The notes beneath the pieces are model-generated. The model did not search any database and was not told the DNA's origin. It saw nothing but the letters and a program-made list of their open reading frames with translations. A stretch of 64,000 bases of DNA, taken from a virus (Duplodnaviria > Caudoviricetes). Made by a program: the position numbers and the translations under genes. This document shows positions 60,440 through 64,000 of the stretch, in pieces (positions within the stretch are counted from its first letter, which is position 1; the number at the start of each line of letters is the position of its first letter). The stretch lies in the IMG/VR virus record IMGVR_UViG_3300033072_000529; one strand, 5' to 3'.

Positions 60440-60742
60440 ATGATAGAAGCAATTATCAAATATAATGGCGTTTTAGTTGACAAACCACGTTTTGCTACGA
60501 TAGTATTCAACGAAAATGATATCGCATTCGAGAGAATGAATGAGACAACAAAGAAGACTGAGAAAATAACAGTTGGGCAGCTATACAATCGCTGGAAGCG
60601 CCCTGGTACATATGTTCAAGATGGTCCTGATCCAGATGATCATATCTCCCCCAATTGGTTTCTGAATTGGTTTTCAGTGAAGTATATACAAGGCAAACCA
60701 ATCCAACACCAAGTTATAGATATGCAGTTTAAAGTGACCTAA
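60440..60742 (+). CDS. Hypothetical protein
   Basis: 100 aa; TAAGTA upstream. Confidence 0.6.
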   Translation: MIEAIIKYNGVLVDKPRFATIVFNENDIAFERMNETTKKTEKITVGQLYNRWKRPGTYVQDGPDPDDHISPNWFLNWFSVKYIQGKPIQHQVIDMQFKVT

Positions 60743-60746
60743 AAAA

Positions 60747-60782
60747 AAGCTGCCCGTATAGAGTTTATACGGGCAGCTTATT
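60747..60782. terminator. Hairpin / terminator
   Basis: AAGCTGCCCGTATA-gagtt-TATACGGGCAGCTT. Confidence 0.75.
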
Positions 60783-60798
60783 GGTCTATACGAATTTT

Positions 60799-62136
60799 AT
60801 GGCAAAAATTGACTTAGATTTATACGAAAAAATAATATTTAGAAATTTATTAAACAAAGACTCTGTTTTTCTGGCTTCCTGTGTGGAATACTTGGATAAA
60901 AGTTTATTCAAAGATAAGGATATTGGGGAAATAGTACACATTATAAAAACATTTTATTTGGAACGGGATGCTATTCCCAATTTGACGGAAATTAAGGGTA
61001 GATTGACATCATCCCAGCTTAAAGCGCATTATAAAGCAGCTATTGAGCATATAAAAGATTTAGATAAAGATTATAACGAAACGGAACTGGTAAAAAATAC
61101 AGAATACTTTCTGAAACAACGTAGCTGTGTCAACCTATTGGATGCAGCAGCCTTATCACATGCTGATAAAAAAGAAGTTGATTACGAGGAAATCCAGCGG
61201 CAAGTTGAACGTATAAACGCTATATCCCTTATAGATAATTTAGGGTTGGATTTCTTTGCAGAAAACCATAGAATCATCGAATATCTACAGAAGAAAGACA
61301 ACCTTATATCAACTGGGTATAAGGGTTTCGATGGTGCATTGGGTGGCATACAACGGGAAGGTAGAGCATTTTACTGTATTGGTGGAGAAACCAATATTGG
61401 TAAGTCAATAGTATTAGGGAATATTGCCACTAATTTTGCTCTACAGGATTTAAACATTATTATATATACCCTAGAAATGTCTGAAATGCGTTATGCTAAA
61501 CGCATTTCAGGTATGTTGACGGGTATAGCGATATCCCAATTGACTGATAAGATTGATGATTACAAGGAGTTTATCCGTGATTTTGTGGAAACACATAAAT
61601 CGAAGATAATCATCAAAGAATTTGCAGCCAAGTCCGTATCTGCCAAGACTTTATATGCCTATACGCGTAATATGATGCGTAAGAAAAAGATAGATAAATT
61701 AGATGGTCTATTTTTTGATTATCATCCTCTGTTAAAAGCGAGCGTAGCTCAGCCTAGTAAGCATGGTGAAATGCAATATATTACACAAGAGTGTCGAGGT
61801 ATGACATATTTGTTGGAAGCCCCAGGATTGAGTGTTGCTCAATTGAATAGAGGTGCCCATAAAAATGAACGACCTGGATTGGATAATGCATCGGGTAGCT
61901 GGGATATGATTTCAGATGTCGATGGTTGGGCAACAATTGCACAAAGTGATGTGGATCGAGAAGCCAATATTATTCGGTATTATGGGGATAAAGTTCGTGA
62001 CGATGGTAAAGGTAAATCAGGACAATTCACTATAGACTACAACACCCTTCGTTTATCAGAACATAACGATGATGACGAGTATTCTCCTGATGATTTACCG
62101 TCGGTAGATTTATCACAAATAGATTTTGCAGAGTGA
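60799..62136 (+). CDS. 41: Replicative helicase gp41 (DnaB-like)
   Basis: GETNIGKS, TLEMSE, IIKEF, DY, AQLNR. Confidence 0.93.
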   Translation: MAKIDLDLYEKIIFRNLLNKDSVFLASCVEYLDKSLFKDKDIGEIVHIIKTFYLERDAIPNLTEIKGRLTSSQLKAHYKAAIEHIKDLDKDYNETELVKNTEYFLKQRSCVNLLDAAALSHADKKEVDYEEIQRQVERINAISLIDNLGLDFFAENHRIIEYLQKKDNLISTGYKGFDGALGGIQREGRAFYCIGGETNIGKSIVLGNIATNFALQDLNIIIYTLEMSEMRYAKRISGMLTGIAISQLTDKIDDYKEFIRDFVETHKSKIIIKEFAAKSVSAKTLYAYTRNMMRKKKIDKLDGLFFDYHPLLKASVAQPSKHGEMQYITQECRGMTYLLEAPGLSVAQLNRGAHKNERPGLDNASGSWDMISDVDGWATIAQSDVDREANIIRYYGDKVRDDGKGKSGQFTIDYNTLRLSEHNDDDEYSPDDLPSVDLSQIDFAE

Positions 62137-62160
62137 TTCCGGCTATATTAAGTAGCATGA

Positions 62161-62427
62161 ATGACTAGTCAACACGAATTCGTATGTCCTGATGCATCGG
62201 AAATAATAAATATGGACGAATTAGATGAGATAATAAACAAATATGGATCATATTTGACTATTATCACTAATAAACCGATATCATCGGTTACTATGTTCAT
62301 GATGACCGCTAAAACACCTGCATTACAGCAAATTTTAGTTGACTTAACAGAATTATCATGGTATTCTATTGTGGAATATTTAGCGTATCGTTACCCGATC
62401 TTGAATAAATCCAAGAAGATCAAATAG
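62161..62427 (+). CDS. Hypothetical protein
   Basis: 88 aa ORF. Confidence 0.55.
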   Translation: MTSQHEFVCPDASEIINMDELDEIINKYGSYLTIITNKPISSVTMFMMTAKTPALQQILVDLTELSWYSIVEYLAYRYPILNKSKKIK

Positions 62428-62439
62428 TTAGGGCGTAGT

Positions 62440-62865
62440 ATGAATTTCAAATATCCTGAGTATAATTTTGATGAATGGTTGTATCAATTCATATGTCTGA
62501 TAGAATACGGCGAGGACACACTTGCCATTCAGGAGGCTCTAATTGAAAGTACAGAGGCGTTCATATGGCAACTACACTCCCATGCGGAAGATGAATATGA
62601 TAAGTGTGACAAATTTCTCGAATATCTTATATTATTCAATAAGTTCAATAAATTGATCGCCTATGATCCTATCGAATTAGCGGATATAGTCGCGTTCTTC
62701 ATAGAACATATCCCGAAATATAAGGGCACGGAGCATATAAAAGGAATAGCAAAATGCATCACCTTGGGCCATATCTACAAGACTCGTAAACACACTTTCA
62801 CACCTGCATTAGTTTATAAAATAACAGAATTCCTAGATATATTACAAATACCTTATAATAGATGA
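62440..62865 (+). CDS. Hypothetical protein
   Basis: 141 aa ORF. Confidence 0.55.
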   Translation: MNFKYPEYNFDEWLYQFICLIEYGEDTLAIQEALIESTEAFIWQLHSHAEDEYDKCDKFLEYLILFNKFNKLIAYDPIELADIVAFFIEHIPKYKGTEHIKGIAKCITLGHIYKTRKHTFTPALVYKITEFLDILQIPYNR

Positions 62866-63539
62866 TAACGGATAAGCAGAAACAAATATATAATTTATAC
62901 ATACGGTCCACTAGAGTTAATAAGGGTAAACCTTTTAAATATAGGAAAAATTGGGATAATTTCAATGATCCTATTATAATTACTAGATTGGCCAAAATAG
63001 AGAAGTTGTTTGAGAAGTATCCGCATTTTTTCTGCGAGGATTTTTTTGATGCGCCCTATAAATTAACCGGTAATACAGATGATACATTCGGGTTAAAATG
63101 GTATACCACCCATGCCGCTATAGCTGCCTTTGTCAACTATGCCAGATTACGGAGAGAACAAAATCCCGATGAACAACTGGAGCATATTAAAAACTCCATA
63201 CGATTTATAGCGGAGTACTGTATCAGTAAGAAAATAACACTGGATAAGTATGCAACATATCAATCCGTTGTACAGCCGGATTGCTTGATACATCTAAAGG
63301 AGCATAAAATATCCTGGTATTTGGTTTTCGATATACCGGGGTTGTATAATACTTTATATTCATTAGCAGCAGATGAATTCGCATTATATTTTGGTGACGT
63401 TAATTTACACGAAATTCAGATCAGACTCAAGTCTAGCACCAAGGCACAAAGGCTTATCAATAAAGCAATACATAAATTAAAAGAGCATTTGTACTTGCAA
63501 AAACAGTCTATGTGTGATACAGTTGAATCTGATAAATAA
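62862..63539 (+). CDS. Hypothetical protein, possibly gp59-like helicase loader
   Basis: Size (225 aa) and position directly upstream of gp32 only. Confidence 0.4.
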   Translation: MITDKQKQIYNLYIRSTRVNKGKPFKYRKNWDNFNDPIIITRLAKIEKLFEKYPHFFCEDFFDAPYKLTGNTDDTFGLKWYTTHAAIAAFVNYARLRREQNPDEQLEHIKNSIRFIAEYCISKKITLDKYATYQSVVQPDCLIHLKEHKISWYLVFDIPGLYNTLYSLAADEFALYFGDVNLHEIQIRLKSSTKAQRLINKAIHKLKEHLYLQKQSMCDTVESDK

Positions 63540-63593
63540 CTTTTAAGCACTCCGCTATTGGAGTGCTTCTACGCAAATAAAAAATAATACTAC

Positions 63594-64000
63594 ATGTCTA
63601 ATATTGATATTGAAAAACTACTAAACCAAAGTGACGACAGCTATAAAGCAAGAACAGAAGCAGAAAATCAACAAAATGACGCACGCATTTTGAAGACCAA
63701 GATAGGTGGAACTTATTGGATTCGATTTGTGCCCAATGCACGTGATCCACTAAATTCCCGAGTTGCATACTCTGAATTCGGTTGGAAATCTCCAATTGAT
63801 GGTTCATATGTGTATGCAGGACGCGATCCATCCGATGAAAAAGATGCGAATGGACGACCAAAGGTAAAAGATGAAATTGTGACCAAGACCAAGTGGGCAG
63901 AATTTAAGAAGGCTAAAGATAATGGTACTGATAAAGCACCGGGTGGATATAAGCTCTTGAATCCTAGACGCAAGGAATTGGTTAATGTGTACCTCCATAA
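63594..64000 (+). CDS. 32: ssDNA-binding protein gp32-like (truncated by window end)
   Basis: Manual translation MSNIDIEKLL...DARILK..GTYWIRFVP...EFGWKS; TTGCAA-N17-TACAGT promoter at 63495-63523. Confidence 0.75.
   Translation, partial: MSNIDIEKLLNQSDDSYKARTEAENQQNDARILKTKIGGTYWIRFVPNARDPLNSRVAYSEFGWKSPIDGSYVYAGRDPSDEKDANGRPKVKDEIVTKTKWAEFKKAKDNGTDKAPGGYKLLNPRRKELVNVYLH

Noticed and set aside
1-64000. Stop-codon reassignment, tRNAs, CRISPR arrays
   Set aside because: Conserved genes are full-length in the standard code and end in TAA, TAG or TGA. No cloverleaf or repeat-spacer array was seen by eye; tRNAscan was not run.

Overview
This AT-rich 64 kb segment comes from a large T4-like (Tevenvirinae-like gene core) myophage; all assignments are from motif recognition by eye, with no searches run. 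It holds a partial primase (gp61), a tail/baseplate block, RNase HI, dUTPase, a Dda helicase with a class-3 LAGLIDADG intein, uvsY-uvsW-gp55-gp47, gp46, DNA polymerase B, uvsX, gp41 and the start of gp32. Five things stand out. (1) The polymerase gene is fractured by a naturally split intein at the catalytic DTD|S motif, with a free-standing endonuclease gene between the halves. (2) A GC-rich 3.53 kb IS1595-family element with an exact 8-bp target duplication carries a fused type IIG-like restriction-modification gene. (3) A ~17.5 kb island between gp47 and gp46 encodes about ten glycosyltransferases (some like GT47, GT77 and GT34) plus a hybrid NDP-heptose pathway. (4) An ORF-free, promoter-preceded, highly structured ~300 nt region at a strand switch is a candidate ncRNA or origin. 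(5) Many promoters appear to give leaderless or near-leaderless mRNAs, and one late promoter sits in a hairpin loop.
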